Assembly: GCA_963718235.1 (NCBI GenBank)
Contig: CAVQYR010000002.1
Coordinates: 256,001 to 320,000, forward strand
DNA from: an uncultured Actinomycetota bacterium
Lineage (GTDB): Bacteria; Actinomycetota; Actinomycetes; JAHEKZ01
Direction of reading: 5' to 3'
Length of the DNA stretch: 64,000 bases
Shown here: positions 51,237 to 61,857 of the stretch, piece by piece
Position numbering within the stretch: the stretch's first letter is position 1
How the letters are laid out: the number at the start of each line of letters is the position of its first letter
Notes under the pieces: model-generated
The model's database searches: none
The model's input: the letters and a program-made list of their open reading frames with translations, nothing else
What the model was told of the DNA's origin: nothing
Made by a program: the position numbers and the translations under genes

Positions 51237-52625
51237 TCACCAGGTGAAGCCGGGTGGGACCGGGCTACAGCCAGCCCTCGCCTGTCGGCGGAGGGAGAGC
51301 ATCTGGGGGCGGTAGTCAGGGTCCAGTGCCAGGTTGTCGAGTTCATAGGGGTCGGTGCGGTAGTCGTAGAGCTCCCGTCCCTTGTTCGCGGTCCACTCGA
51401 CGAACAACCATCGTCTGGTGCGCCACGCACAGTAAGGCGGGCTGCCCTGTGAGCTGAGTCCTATTCCCTCGAGCACGCTGCCCGACCTGGTTCTTGGCCG
51501 CAGAAGAGACGAGCCGCTGACGGGCTGACGGACTCGAGCCGCCCGGAGAATGGTCGCCGTGATGTCGACGTTCAAGGCGATCCGCCGGTCCTGGGTCCCC
51601 GGGTCCAGGTGGCCGTCCCAGCGGAGAAGCAGGGGGACCTCCGCCGATGATGCGTGCGGGACTGACTTGCCTGTCAGCCGATGGCTGCCGAGCATCAGGC
51701 CGTTGTCCGACGTGAAGACGAAGAGCGTGTTCGAGGCACGGTCCCCGAGAGCGCTGACGATGGCTGCAACTGCGTCGTCGACCGCCATGAGCGACTCGTG
51801 CTGAAGGGTCGTCTTTCGGGCGAGCCTCACCTCATCGAATGGTTCCAGCGCCTGCATCCAGGGTGGCTTGTCGGACATGTCGAGCTCGTTCACGTCCGGT
51901 GTTGTCGGAGGCTCCCACGGCCACGTGCCCACATCACGTGGCGCGGGTGTCATCGGACTGTGGGGGGCCATCGGGGTGAAGACCAGGAAGAGGGGTCGTT
52001 CGGCCGGCGTGCCCTCGATCGTGTCGACCGCCCGTGCCGCAAGAACGTCGGTGGAGTACTCGTCCGGAGCGCTCCCGTAGGGAATGTCGATGGTGGACCC
52101 GTTCGCCTGAGCTCGCAGCGTGTAGTCGTAGAAGCCGCCTCCACGCAGGTGAGCGACGAAGGTGTCCCAGCCCGGTGGCGTGTACCCAGGTTCGGAGTCC
52201 GCGAACTTGTTGAGGTACTTGCCGACGAGGGCTGTCTCGTAGCCCTTCGAGTCCAGCCAGGTGGCCAGCGTCCGCGACTCGGCGCCGCGTGCTTGGAACG
52301 TGGGCCATCCTCCATCGGGAGGCTTGTTTCCGTAGATGCCGGTCTCGTGTGAGTAACGGCCGGTCAGGAACGATGTCCGCGACGGAGTGCACAGCGGGCT
52401 GGGCACCATCGCGTTCGGGTAGGTCACGCCCTGCTGCTTGATCAGGGCCTGAACGGCGGGCATCGCGTCCAGACGGCCGAGGGGCTGGTCGTCGGTCATG
52501 ATGACCACGATGTTCGGCCGCCCTGGAGCGGCGACGGCCGCTGCCTCCGGGGCGGGTCCTTGGACACCCAGAAGTGCCCCGAGCAGTGCGACGGGTGCTA
52601 GGACCGCGCCAGGTGCTTTCGGCAT
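51237..52625 (-). CDS. Secreted sulfatase (N-acetylglucosamine-6-sulfatase-like)
   Basis: Signal peptide, PNIVVIMTDD, CTPSR..FLTG formylglycine motif, GKYLN, TSDNG. Confidence 0.9.
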   Translation of the reverse strand: MPKAPGAVLAPVALLGALLGVQGPAPEAAAVAAPGRPNIVVIMTDDQPLGRLDAMPAVQALIKQQGVTYPNAMVPSPLCTPSRTSFLTGRYSHETGIYGNKPPDGGWPTFQARGAESRTLATWLDSKGYETALVGKYLNKFADSEPGYTPPGWDTFVAHLRGGGFYDYTLRAQANGSTIDIPYGSAPDEYSTDVLAARAVDTIEGTPAERPLFLVFTPMAPHSPMTPAPRDVGTWPWEPPTTPDVNELDMSDKPPWMQALEPFDEVRLARKTTLQHESLMAVDDAVAAIVSALGDRASNTLFVFTSDNGLMLGSHRLTGKSVPHASSAEVPLLLRWDGHLDPGTQDRRIALNVDITATILRAARVRQPVSGSSLLRPRTRSGSVLEGIGLSSQGSPPYCAWRTRRWLFVEWTANKGRELYDYRTDPYELDNLALDPDYRPQMLSLRRQARAGCSPVPPGFTW

Positions 52626-52888
52626 GAGCCCCTCTGTCGGTCGTGCTGGCCCGGCTCCCGCCCCTGCCGGATGCCAAGCAGACTAGTGACCGGGTCGTTG
52701 CCCCGGGTGGTCAGCCTACGGGTGCAGACCCCCCGGGCCACGGCATCAGAGGTCGGGCTACCGGGAGTGGCAGCCCTGACGTCGCTGCTGTTGGGTGCGG
52801 AGAGGAAACTGGGTCGGCCCCCGAGCATGCCCAGCGCCCACCGCACTCAGGCACGAAGACCGGTCACAGCCGCATCCTGGCGGCGGCG

Positions 52889-53341
52889 TCAGCTGACCGA
52901 CGTCTCGACCAGCAGGTCGGCGAGGGTGTCGAGGTTCGCTCGCACGGTCCGGGTCTGAGCCTTGGTGATGAGGGGGTCGGCCAGTCGGCCGAACACGCCA
53001 CCGAGCCCGGACTCCGCGTGGATCCGGTAGGTGAGCCGAGTCCCATCCGACTCTGCTTCCAGGGCACTCGTGACGGTGAACGTCATCGGCCCCTCGATGG
53101 ACGTGTAGGTGACGCCTGTCGGTGACTCGAAGTGGGTGACCTCGGTCACCCAGTCGAACCGCTTGCCCATGATCTTGCTGGCCCCTTTGGTACGTGTACC
53201 CAGTCCGAGGGGTCCGTCACCGACCTGGTCCGCCGCGATCACCGAGGCGTCCCACACAGGGAGGTTCTCGGGGTCGATGACGAAGTCGAAGACGTCTTCG
53301 GGCGATCGGGCGATGAGAACACTGGCCTCGATGTCTGGCAT
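52889..53341 (-). CDS. SRPBCC (polyketide cyclase/START-like) family protein
   Basis: I.RSPEDVFDFV.DPEN.P.W pattern; RBS GGAGGG. Confidence 0.85.
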   Translation of the reverse strand: MPDIEASVLIARSPEDVFDFVIDPENLPVWDASVIAADQVGDGPLGLGTRTKGASKIMGKRFDWVTEVTHFESPTGVTYTSIEGPMTFTVTSALEAESDGTRLTYRIHAESGLGGVFGRLADPLITKAQTRTVRANLDTLADLLVETSVS

Positions 53342-53423
53342 CAGGGTGATCCCTCCAAGGTCGAAGCGTCGGTGCCGACGTGACACCGGTACCCAGCCTC
53401 GGTCAGGGGGCGTCCTGAAACCG

Positions 53424-55089
53424 TTACGGTCCGCCGGGCGGAAAGGCTGGGTTGGGCAACGACACCGCTGGGTCACCCGGGTTCTGGAAGAAGTCGTTTC
53501 CCTTGTCGTCGACGACGATGAACGCGGGGAAGTCCTCGACCTCGATCTGCCAGACCGCCTCCATGCCGAGCTCGGGGAACTCGAGCACCTCGACCCGCTT
53601 GATCACGTCCTGGGCGAGGCGCGCGGCGGGGCCGCCGATCGAGCCGAGGTAGAAGCCGCCGTTGTCCTGGCACGCCTGGGTGACCTGGGCGCTCCGGTTG
53701 CCCTTGGCGAGCATGACGAACGAGCCACCGGCCTTCTGGAACTGGTCGACGTAGGAGTCCATCCGCCCGGCAGTGGTGGGGCCGAACGACCCGGACGCGT
53801 AGCCGTCGGGTGTCTTGGCCGGGCCGGCGTAGTAGACGACCCGGTCGGCCAGGTAGGCGGGCATGGGCAGGCCGGCGTCGAGCTGGTCCTTGATCGTCGC
53901 GTGCGCGATGTCTCGGGCTACGACCATCGGGCCGGACAGTGACAGTCGGGTCTTCACCGGGTACCGGCTGAGCTCGGCCCGGATCTGCGACATCGGGCGG
54001 TTGAGGTCGATGTGGACGACATCGCCGTCGAGCTCGTCATGACCGGTGTCGGGCAGGTACGACGCCGGGTCGGTCTCCAGCTGCTCGAGGAACACGCCGT
54101 CCGCAGTGATCTTGCCCTTGGCCTGCCGGTCGGCCGAGCACGAGACAGCGATCGCGACGGGGAGGCTGGCACCGTGGCGGGGGAGACGGACGACCCGGAC
54201 GTCGTGGCAGAAGTACTTGCCGCCGAACTGGGCGCCGATGCCGAACTCCCGGGTCAGCTGCAGGACCTCGGCTTCGAGCTCGACGTCACGGAAGCCGTGA
54301 CCGGTGGCCGCGTCTCCGTGCTGAGGCAGGGTGTCGAGGTAGTGGGCACTGGCGAGCTTCGCGGTCTTCAGCGCATGCTCGGCGCTGGTGCCGCCGATGA
54401 CGACGGCCAGGTGGTAAGGCGGGCACGCTGCCGTCCCGAGACTGCGCAGTTTCTCGTCGAGAAACCGCCGCATCACCGCGGGGTTCAGGATCGCCTTGGT
54501 CTCCTGGAACAGGAACGACTTGTTCGCGCTCCCGCCGCCTTTGGCCATGAAGAGGAAGTGGTACTCGTCTCCGTCGGTCGGCGAAGACCTCGATCTGGGC
54601 GGGCAGGTTGGACCCGGTGTTCTTCTCGTCCCACATGGTCACCGGCGCCATCTGGGAGTAGCGCAGGTTGAGCCGGGTGTAGGCGTCGTACACGCCGCGG
54701 CTCACGGCCTCGGCGTCGCCGCCGCCGGTGTTCACCCGCTCACCCTTCTTGCCCATCACGACGGCGGTCCCGGTGTCCTGGCACATCGGGAGCACACCAC
54801 CGGCCGCGATGTTCGCGTTCTTGAGCAGGTCCAGCGCCACGAAGCGGTCGTTGGCCGAGGCCTCGGGGTCGTCGACCACGGCTCGCAGCTGGGCCAGGTG
54901 GGCCGGGCGCAGGTAGTGCGCGATGTCGTGCATCGCCTCGTAGGTGAGTCGGGTCAGCGCATCCGGCTCGACCGCGAGCACCTGCCCGATCGGCGTCTCC
55001 ACGACCGATACGCCGTCGGTGGTCAGCAGCCGGTACGGCGTGTCGTCAGGAGTGGTCGGCAGAAGGTCGGAGTAGGCGAACTCGGGCAT
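53424..55089 (-). pseudogene. fumA: Class I (Fe-S) fumarate hydratase, frameshifted near 54579
   Basis: CQDTGT in the 5' ORF; [18 protein letters not shown] and GPTTAGRMD in the 3' ORF; deleting one base restores [22 protein letters not shown]. Confidence 0.85.
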
Positions 55090-55109
55090 GGTCCAAGCCT
55101 ATGACCCGG

Positions 55110-55895
55110 TCATCCCACGAGCTTGGCGCGCAGCCCCCTGATCGCCAGCAGCCACATGGCGACGGCGAAGGCGGCGAGGAACGACACGTGGCCGAGGTCC
55201 TCCGGCCAACGCCAGCCGAACGACGCGTCTCGGACCAGTTGGACGCAGTGGTAGAGCGGGTTGAACTGGGCCAGGAACTGCAGGCCGGGCGGCAGGTTGG
55301 TGATCGGGAAGAAGGTCCCCGCGACCAGGAACAGGGGCGTGAGGACCGCCGAGGTCACGTAGGTGAACGAGTCGATCGTCTTGACCACCGACGAGACCCA
55401 CATGCCGAAGAACGCGAACCCCAGGCCGGTGAGGAACCCGATGAACGGGACGGTGAGCATTCCCCACGTCGGGGTGAGCCCGAAGAAGAACGTGACGACC
55501 AGGGGGACGGTGCCGTAGACCCCGGCCTTGGCGGCCAGCCACGAGCCCTCGGCGGTGACCAGCTCGTCGACGCTGACGGGGGCGGCGAGCACGGCGTCAT
55601 AGGACCTCTGGAAGACCCGTCGCACGAAGGTGGCGAACATGCCGGGGAAGGCAGAGGCGAACAGGACGGCGGTGGCCACCGTGCCCGTCCCGACGAACTC
55701 GACGTACGGCACGCCGTCGACGGTCTCGACGAGCGTCCCGACCCCCAGCCCGAAGGCCAGCAGGTAGATCGTCGGCTGGACCACCGAAGAGAAGGTCGTC
55801 GAGGCCCAGTACCGCTTGAAGAGGGTGAACTCCTTGTTCCACACCCCCTCGAAGGTCGGCCGCTCGAAGCGGTGCACTGCTCGGTCGAGACTCAT
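55110..55895 (-). CDS. ABC-2 permease (NodJ-like)
   Basis: Six TM helices, IYLLAFGLGVG, GTFFP, PLYH. Confidence 0.88.
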   Translation of the reverse strand: MSLDRAVHRFERPTFEGVWNKEFTLFKRYWASTTFSSVVQPTIYLLAFGLGVGTLVETVDGVPYVEFVGTGTVATAVLFASAFPGMFATFVRRVFQRSYDAVLAAPVSVDELVTAEGSWLAAKAGVYGTVPLVVTFFFGLTPTWGMLTVPFIGFLTGLGFAFFGMWVSSVVKTIDSFTYVTSAVLTPLFLVAGTFFPITNLPPGLQFLAQFNPLYHCVQLVRDASFGWRWPEDLGHVSFLAAFAVAMWLLAIRGLRAKLVG

Positions 55896-56809
55896 TCCAG
55901 GACCTCCCCGGTCAGGAGCACGAAGACGTCTTCGAGGTTGGCCGCCCGGGCGACGCCGTCGCCCAGCTCGGTGAGCAGGCTCGCCTCGGCCCGCTCGGAA
56001 CCGAGCACCGACACCGACGGTCCCGTTCGCCGGGTGGGCAGTCCCGCCTCCTGGGCCCGGCTCTCGATCTCCGCGACCCGGTGCGGTGGGCCGTAGTACT
56101 CGATCGCCTGCTCACCGACGTGAGTGGCGAGCAGGGCCGAGGGGGAGCCCTGGGCCACGACCCGGCCGTGTGACATGACCGCGACGTCATCGGCGAGGCG
56201 CTCGGCCTCCTCGATGTAGTGCGTGGACATGAGCACCGTCTTGCCCTCGCCGCGCAGCCCGTCGATCAGGGACCAGAGGTCCTGACGCACCTGCGGGTCG
56301 AGCCCCACGGTCGGCTCGTCGAGCAGGACGAGGTCCGGGTCGTGCACGAGCCCGCGGGCGATGAGCAGGCGTCGTTTCATGCCGCCAGAGAGGTCGTTGA
56401 CCTTGGCGTCGGCGCGCTCGGTCAGCTGCGCCAGCGCCAGGGCACGGTCGATGGCCGCGCGTCGTTCGCGACGGGGGACCCGGTAGAACACCGCGAACAT
56501 GGCCAGGTTCTCGAACACGGTGAGCTCGGTGTCGAGGTTGTCCTGCTGTGGCACGACGCCCATCAGGGCCCGGGCCTGCTTGGACCGGGCGGGGATCGGG
56601 AGTCCGAGGACGTCGATGGTGCCGGAGTCGGCGACGGCCTGCCCGGTGAGCATCCGCATCGTCGTCGACTTGCCGGCACCGTTGGGACCGAGCAGTCCGA
56701 GCACGATGCCGCGGGGGACGACCAGGTCCAGACCGTCGACCGCCTTGAGCGAACCGAAGTGCTTGACGACCTGGTGCAGCGAGATCGCCGGTGTTTCCGT
56801 GGGATCCAC
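55892..56809 (-). CDS. ABC transporter ATP-binding protein (NodI-like)
   Basis: GPNGAGKST, LSGGMKRRL, LDEPTVGLDPQ, ANLEDVF. Confidence 0.9.
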   Translation of the reverse strand: MDPTETPAISLHQVVKHFGSLKAVDGLDLVVPRGIVLGLLGPNGAGKSTTMRMLTGQAVADSGTIDVLGLPIPARSKQARALMGVVPQQDNLDTELTVFENLAMFAVFYRVPRRERRAAIDRALALAQLTERADAKVNDLSGGMKRRLLIARGLVHDPDLVLLDEPTVGLDPQVRQDLWSLIDGLRGEGKTVLMSTHYIEEAERLADDVAVMSHGRVVAQGSPSALLATHVGEQAIEYYGPPHRVAEIESRAQEAGLPTRRTGPSVSVLGSERAEASLLTELGDGVARAANLEDVFVLLTGEVLE

Positions 56810-56813
56810 CAGC

Positions 56814-57812
56814 TCAGAACTCGACGCTGGCGTACTTGCGCAGCTTGTTGAGCTGGTGCTCGCTCTCCATGAAGCGCACCGTGCCGCTCTTGCTGCGCAT
56901 CACCAGGGTCTGGGTGGATGCCCCGCCCGGATGGAAGCGCACACCCTGCAGCAGCTCGCCGTCGGTCACTCCTGTGGCGGAGAAGAAGACGTTGTCGCTG
57001 CGCACGAGGTCGTCGGTGGTCAGCACCGCGTCGAGGTCGTGCCCAGCCTCGATGGCCCTGACCCGCTCCGCCTCGTCGTGCGGCCACAACCGACCCTGGA
57101 TCACCCCGCCGAGGCACTTCATGGCGCACGCGACGATGATGCCCTCGGGCGTGCCGCCGACGCCGAGCATCAGGTCGACGCCGGTGTCCTCGCGGGCCGC
57201 CATGATGGCTCCGGCGACGTCGCCGTCGGTGATGAACTTGATCCGCGCGCCTGTCTCGCGGACCTCACGCACGAGGGACTCGTGACGGGGCCGGTCGAGG
57301 ATGCAGACGGTGACGTCCTGGACGTCGACGCTCTTGGCCTTGGCCACCCGGCGCACGTTGTCCTTGACCGGCAGTCGGATGTCGACGACGTCGGCTGCTT
57401 CTGGCCCGGTCGCGAGCTTGTCCATGTAGAAGACGGCCGACGGGTCGAACATCGTGCCCCGCTCGGCCACCGCGATGACCGAAAGCGCGTTGCCCATGCC
57501 TTTGGCGGTCAGCGTCGTGCCGTCGATCGGGTCGACGGCGACGTCGACCTCTGCGCCTGTGCCGTCGCCCACGTGCTCGCCGTTGAACAGCATGGGGGCG
57601 TCGTCCTTCTCGCCCTCGCCGATGACGACGATCCCGTTCATCGCGACGGTGTTGATCAGCCGCCGCATGGCGTTGACGGCCGCCCCGTCGGCACCGTTCT
57701 TGTCACCCCGCCCCACCCAGCGGGATCCGGCGATCGCCGCCGCCTCGGTGACGCGTCCGAGCTCGAGGCCGAGATTTCGGTCCGGCTCCTCGTTGCGTGA
57801 CTCGCTGCTCAC
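56814..57812 (-). CDS. glpX: Class II fructose-1,6-bisphosphatase
   Basis: [32 protein letters not shown]. Confidence 0.97.
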   Translation of the reverse strand: MSSESRNEEPDRNLGLELGRVTEAAAIAGSRWVGRGDKNGADGAAVNAMRRLINTVAMNGIVVIGEGEKDDAPMLFNGEHVGDGTGAEVDVAVDPIDGTTLTAKGMGNALSVIAVAERGTMFDPSAVFYMDKLATGPEAADVVDIRLPVKDNVRRVAKAKSVDVQDVTVCILDRPRHESLVREVRETGARIKFITDGDVAGAIMAAREDTGVDLMLGVGGTPEGIIVACAMKCLGGVIQGRLWPHDEAERVRAIEAGHDLDAVLTTDDLVRSDNVFFSATGVTDGELLQGVRFHPGGASTQTLVMRSKSGTVRFMESEHQLNKLRKYASVEF

Positions 57813-57880
57813 GTGTCCTCCCGCTCGACGGTGACGTCGGTGATGTGTGTGTGCGACAGTATCCGGCCCGCCGGCACGGC

Positions 57881-58921
57881 TCAGAGCCGGATCGTGGAGA
57901 CCTCGGTGGCCTTCACGGCCACCCAGACGGGTGAGCCCTGGCTCAGGTGGAGGGTGGCGACGGCCTCGGGAGTCACCTCGGCCACGACGTCCGGCGGACC
58001 CTCCAAGGTGACCCGGACCCGACTGCCCACCGTCTCGAGGCCGCGTAGGCGCGTGCTCCAGACATTGCGAGGACTCCCCTCCGGTGGGCGCCGGTGCAGT
58101 GCGACGGCGGCCGGGGACACCACGACGATGAGCTCCGAGCCGACCGGGACGGGGTCGCCCGGCGTGATCACTCCGCCGCCGTCGAGGGTGATCTGGTTCG
58201 TGGTCGCTGCCCGTCCCCGCCAGGCGTTGAGACCGAGCAGGGAGGCGACCCAGGGGGACCGTGGAGCCCGGACCAGCTCGGCGAGCGGTGCCTGTTGCGT
58301 GGAGGTCCCCTCCTCCAGGACGAGCACTGAGTCAGCCAGCGCCCATGCGTCGGTGGGGTCGTGGGTGACCAGGACCGCCACGCCGGGGTACTCGGCCAGA
58401 TGAGTCCGCAGGGCCGAGCGCACCTCGAGTCGTGACGAGGCGTCGAGGGCCGACAGCGGCTCGTCGAGCAGCAGCACCTCGGGTGTGGTCGCAAGGGCGC
58501 GGGCCAGGGCGACGCGCTGGGCCTGCCCGCCGGACAGCGTGTGTGGCCGGCGCCCTGCCAGCTCGGCGATCTCGAACCGCTCGAGCTCGGTTATCGCTTG
58601 GCGGCGTGCCTTCGTGCGACCGTGTCCGCGCGATCGAAGGCCGAAGGCGACGTTGTCCAGGACGCTCAGATGGGGGAAGAGCGCGCCGTCCTGTGGGACG
58701 TAGCCGACCTGTCGTTGGCTCGGGGGCAGTGCCGTGATGTCACGGTCCCCCAACCGCAGCCGGCTGCCCGGTTCGCACGCGGTGAGCCCGGCGATGGCCC
58801 TCAGCAGAGTGGTCTTGCCGGATGCGTTCGGGCCGACCACCACGGTCGTGACTTCGGCTGGGAAGGTCACACCGAGGTCGACGATGCCGGCGCGGACCTG
58901 CCCCGTGAGTCCTTCGCTCAT
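57881..58921 (-). CDS. modC: Molybdate ABC transporter ATP-binding protein with TOBE domain
   Basis: [31 protein letters not shown]; ATGA overlap with modB. Confidence 0.9.
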   Translation of the reverse strand: MSEGLTGQVRAGIVDLGVTFPAEVTTVVVGPNASGKTTLLRAIAGLTACEPGSRLRLGDRDITALPPSQRQVGYVPQDGALFPHLSVLDNVAFGLRSRGHGRTKARRQAITELERFEIAELAGRRPHTLSGGQAQRVALARALATTPEVLLLDEPLSALDASSRLEVRSALRTHLAEYPGVAVLVTHDPTDAWALADSVLVLEEGTSTQQAPLAELVRAPRSPWVASLLGLNAWRGRAATTNQITLDGGGVITPGDPVPVGSELIVVVSPAAVALHRRPPEGSPRNVWSTRLRGLETVGSRVRVTLEGPPDVVAEVTPEAVATLHLSQGSPVWVAVKATEVSTIRL

Positions 58922-59742
58922 GACCCGCCTCGGGGGCGCAGGCCCGACAACCAGCGGTGACGCAGGCCGACGACCACGCCGACGCTGATGGCCAGCATCA
59001 GCATGCTCAGGGTCAGTGAGCCGTCGGGGTCCACGGGCAGGGTCTGGTAGACCGCCAGTGGCATGGTCTGGGTCACGCCGGGCAGGTTGCCGGCGAAGGT
59101 GATGGTGGCTCCGAACTCCCCGAGCGCGCGTGCCCATGCGAGCACGAGCCCGGCGGCCAGGGCCGGGGCGAGGAGGGGGACCGTGACCGTCGTGAACGTG
59201 CGCAGGCGACCCGCTCCCAGCGTTGCTGCCACGTCCTCGTGCCGTCGGTCGAGCCCCGTGAGTGCCCCCTCGACGGACAGCACGAGAAAGGGCAGGGCGA
59301 CGAAGGAGGCCGCGACGACGGTGCCCGCGGTGCTGAACGGCAGGACGATGCCGAGGTTCTCAAGGGCCGGTCCCAGCAGCCCTCTGGGACCGAAGGCGAG
59401 CAGCAGGGCGACGCCGCCCACGACCGGCGGCAGCACCAGCGGAACGAGCACGAGGGCCCGCAGCACCGACCGACCGGGAAAGTCGGTGCGAGCCAGCAAC
59501 CAGGCGAGAGGCACGCCGACGACGGCCGCGACGGCCGCAGCGCCGAGCGACGAGACGAGCGACAGCCGCAAGGCGTCCAGGACCACGGGGTCGGTCAGAG
59601 ACTCCGGAACCCGCGTCCACGGCGTTCGCAGGAGAAGAGCCAGGACCGGTACTGCCACGAAGAGCAGTCCGAGCGTCCCGAGCAGGAGCAGACTGACCGG
59701 CGCTCGCTCCTTCGCCAGGCGCGATGCGCGGTCGGTCACCAA
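58918..59742 (-). CDS. modB: Molybdate ABC transporter permease
   Basis: PLVLPPVVGG, WARALGEFGATITFAGN. Confidence 0.93.
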   Translation of the reverse strand: MVTDRASRLAKERAPVSLLLLGTLGLLFVAVPVLALLLRTPWTRVPESLTDPVVLDALRLSLVSSLGAAAVAAVVGVPLAWLLARTDFPGRSVLRALVLVPLVLPPVVGGVALLLAFGPRGLLGPALENLGIVLPFSTAGTVVAASFVALPFLVLSVEGALTGLDRRHEDVAATLGAGRLRTFTTVTVPLLAPALAAGLVLAWARALGEFGATITFAGNLPGVTQTMPLAVYQTLPVDPDGSLTLSMLMLAISVGVVVGLRHRWLSGLRPRGGS

Positions 59743-60530
59743 GGGGGAGGTGCCAGGAAGCCCGCGTCACGCAGTTCCGACTGCGCGGGGTTGCTCAACA
59801 AGAACTCGACGAAGTCGGCGGCCGCACTTGCTTGCGTGCTCGTGTCGATGGTGACGGCCGGGTAGGTGGCGATGACGTTGAGGCGCTTGGGTATCTCCAA
59901 GGACTCGACGGAGTCGCCTGCGGCGCTGGCGTCGGTCACGTAGACGATCCCGGCATCCGCTCCGCCGAGGGCGACGCGCGAGACCACCGCCTTGACGTCG
60001 GCCTCCTCCGAGACCGGGGTGACGACCAGTCCTGCGTTGTCGAGGATGTCGCGTGCGTACTGTCCGGCCGGCACCTCCGGTGCAGCGAGGACGACGGCGA
60101 CGCTCGGATCGGCCAGGTCGTCCATGCTCTGGACGCCGGCTGGGTTCCCGGGCGGGACGATGATCGTGAGCTTGTTGCCGGCGAAGGCGACCGGCTCGGA
60201 GATCTCATCCTGCACCGGCTCGAGCGCGGACGTCCCGGCCAGCGCGAGCACGTCGGCTGGTGCTCCGCCGTCGACCTGGGCGACGAGCTCCTGCGAACCC
60301 GCGAACGAGAACTGGACGGTTACGTCGGGGTTCGCCTCGGTGAACGCCGACCCGATGTCAGGGAACACCTCGGTGAGCGAGGCGGCGGCCAGCACCGTGA
60401 GCGTCGTCGATGGCATCTGCGGGTCGTTGTCGCTACTGTCACCGCCGGAACTGCAGGCGGTGAGAACGAGCAGGGGCAGGAGCGCGAAGGCCAGGGCTCG
60501 TCGCTTCGCTCGCGACGTCGTCGCCCTCAT
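59736..60530 (-). CDS. modA: Molybdate-binding lipoprotein
   Basis: Lipobox LTAC, AAASLT, FAGS, VPAGQYA, ADAGIVYVTD. Confidence 0.93.
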   Translation of the reverse strand: MRATTSRAKRRALAFALLPLLVLTACSSGGDSSDNDPQMPSTTLTVLAAASLTEVFPDIGSAFTEANPDVTVQFSFAGSQELVAQVDGGAPADVLALAGTSALEPVQDEISEPVAFAGNKLTIIVPPGNPAGVQSMDDLADPSVAVVLAAPEVPAGQYARDILDNAGLVVTPVSEEADVKAVVSRVALGGADAGIVYVTDASAAGDSVESLEIPKRLNVIATYPAVTIDTSTQASAAADFVEFLLSNPAQSELRDAGFLAPPPW

Positions 60531-60931
60531 GGTCGCTCCACCATGACGCTCGTCGCCTTGACCGACGCGATCACCTCGTCTCCGACGGCGAGCCCCAAGT
60601 CCTCGACGGACTCCCGGGTCAGCAGCGAGACCACACGGTGGGGGCCGGCCTGCACCTCGACCTGAGCGGCCACCGCCCCCAGCTGGATCCGGGTGACCAG
60701 TCCCGGGAAGGCGTTGCGGGCCGAGACCCGGCGGCCGCGACCGGCGGCCTGCTGGGCCAGACCGTCGGCCGCCTGGGCCAGGGCGAAGGCCGCCAGGACC
60801 TCGCCCTCGACCACGCGGTGGCCCTGGTCGTCGGTGATGGCGTCGAGCCGGCCAGTGTCCGCCCAGCGGCGCACCGTGTCGTCACTCACACCGAGCAGTT
60901 GCGCGGCCCGGCTGAATCGATAGAGCGGCAT
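60527..60931 (-). CDS. HTH-TOBE molybdate-responsive regulator
   Basis: AAQLLGVSDDTVRRW HTH; SARN and ASVKATSV TOBE motifs. Confidence 0.88.
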   Translation of the reverse strand: MPLYRFSRAAQLLGVSDDTVRRWADTGRLDAITDDQGHRVVEGEVLAAFALAQAADGLAQQAAGRGRRVSARNAFPGLVTRIQLGAVAAQVEVQAGPHRVVSLLTRESVEDLGLAVGDEVIASVKATSVMVERP

Positions 60932-60955
60932 CTGCGGAAGCATACACGCGCAGAT
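60930..60955. promoter_or_regulatory. Inverted repeat flanking the -10 of the mod operon (candidate operator)
   Basis: ATCTGCG-N12-CGCAGAT; the spacer contains TATGCT on the minus strand, 7 nt before the ATG. Confidence 0.6.
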
Positions 60956-61051
60956 AGAACCGCGAATACGGCGACAAGTCCTTGATTGCTCCGTGTCTAC
61001 GAAGTCGGTTCTCGGTTCGCCTTGCCTCGGGCCGTCGGCGACGATGGGGGG

Positions 61052-61609
61052 ATGGCCAAGCCCCGCGGGTTCGAGACCGTCACCGACATGGTGCGGTCGC
61101 TGTCCGTCGTGGGCGTGTTCGTGCTGCTGCTGTTCCTCGTCGTGTGGTGGCAGCGTCCCGAGGCCCAGGGCCCGATCGACCGGGTCGTCGACGTGCCAGG
61201 AGTGGCGCAGGCCGCGTCGATCGGTGCGTCGTTCGCCGTGTGGGTCCCGGTCGGCCTCGCTTCCACATGGACGCCGACCAGCGCCTGGGCCGAGGGCGCC
61301 GAGACCAGCGACTACAACGGCCTCGTCGTCCATGCCGGGTACCTGACCCCGTCCGGCTCCTACGCCGAGGTTCGGCAGACCGATGGCCTGCGGGCGAAGG
61401 CGCTCGACGACTGGACCGAAGACGGACGGCCGACAGGGACCACCGAGGTTGATGGGCGCACCTGGCAGACCTACGAGTCGTCGACCCGCAAGGCGCTCGT
61501 CCTGACCGAGGGTCCGGTCACCAGAGTGGTCACCGGCAAGGCCGACTGGCCCGAGCTCGAGCAGCTGGCCGGGTCGCTCCAGCCGGTCACCGCTCAGTCG
61601 TCGGCGTGA
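61052..61609 (+). CDS. DUF4245 domain membrane protein
   Basis: DMVRSL, one TM helix, W.PTSA, GYLTP, V.G..W, VVTG.A...EL. Confidence 0.82.
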   Translation: MAKPRGFETVTDMVRSLSVVGVFVLLLFLVVWWQRPEAQGPIDRVVDVPGVAQAASIGASFAVWVPVGLASTWTPTSAWAEGAETSDYNGLVVHAGYLTPSGSYAEVRQTDGLRAKALDDWTEDGRPTGTTEVDGRTWQTYESSTRKALVLTEGPVTRVVTGKADWPELEQLAGSLQPVTAQSSA

Positions 61610-61857
61610 CCCTTGCGAGTGGCCAGGACGTCGTCCAGCCGCCGGCGCGCGTCGTCGAGCCAGCGCTGGCAGACCGCGGCGAGCTCCTCACCGCGTTCCC
61701 ACAGGGCCAGCGACTCCTCCAGCGACAGCCCGCCGCCCTCGAGCGCGGAGACCACCGCGACCAGCTCGTCGCGCGCCTGCTCGTAGCCCATCGTCGGGGG
61801 GACCGTGAGGCTCGTCTCCTGGTCCGGCTCGCCACGTTCTGCGTCGACGTCGGTCAC
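61594..61857 (-). CDS. xseB: Exodeoxyribonuclease VII small subunit
   Basis: [26 protein letters not shown]; GTGA overlap with xseA. Confidence 0.93.
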   Translation of the reverse strand: MTDVDAERGEPDQETSLTVPPTMGYEQARDELVAVVSALEGGGLSLEESLALWERGEELAAVCQRWLDDARRRLDDVLATRKGHADD

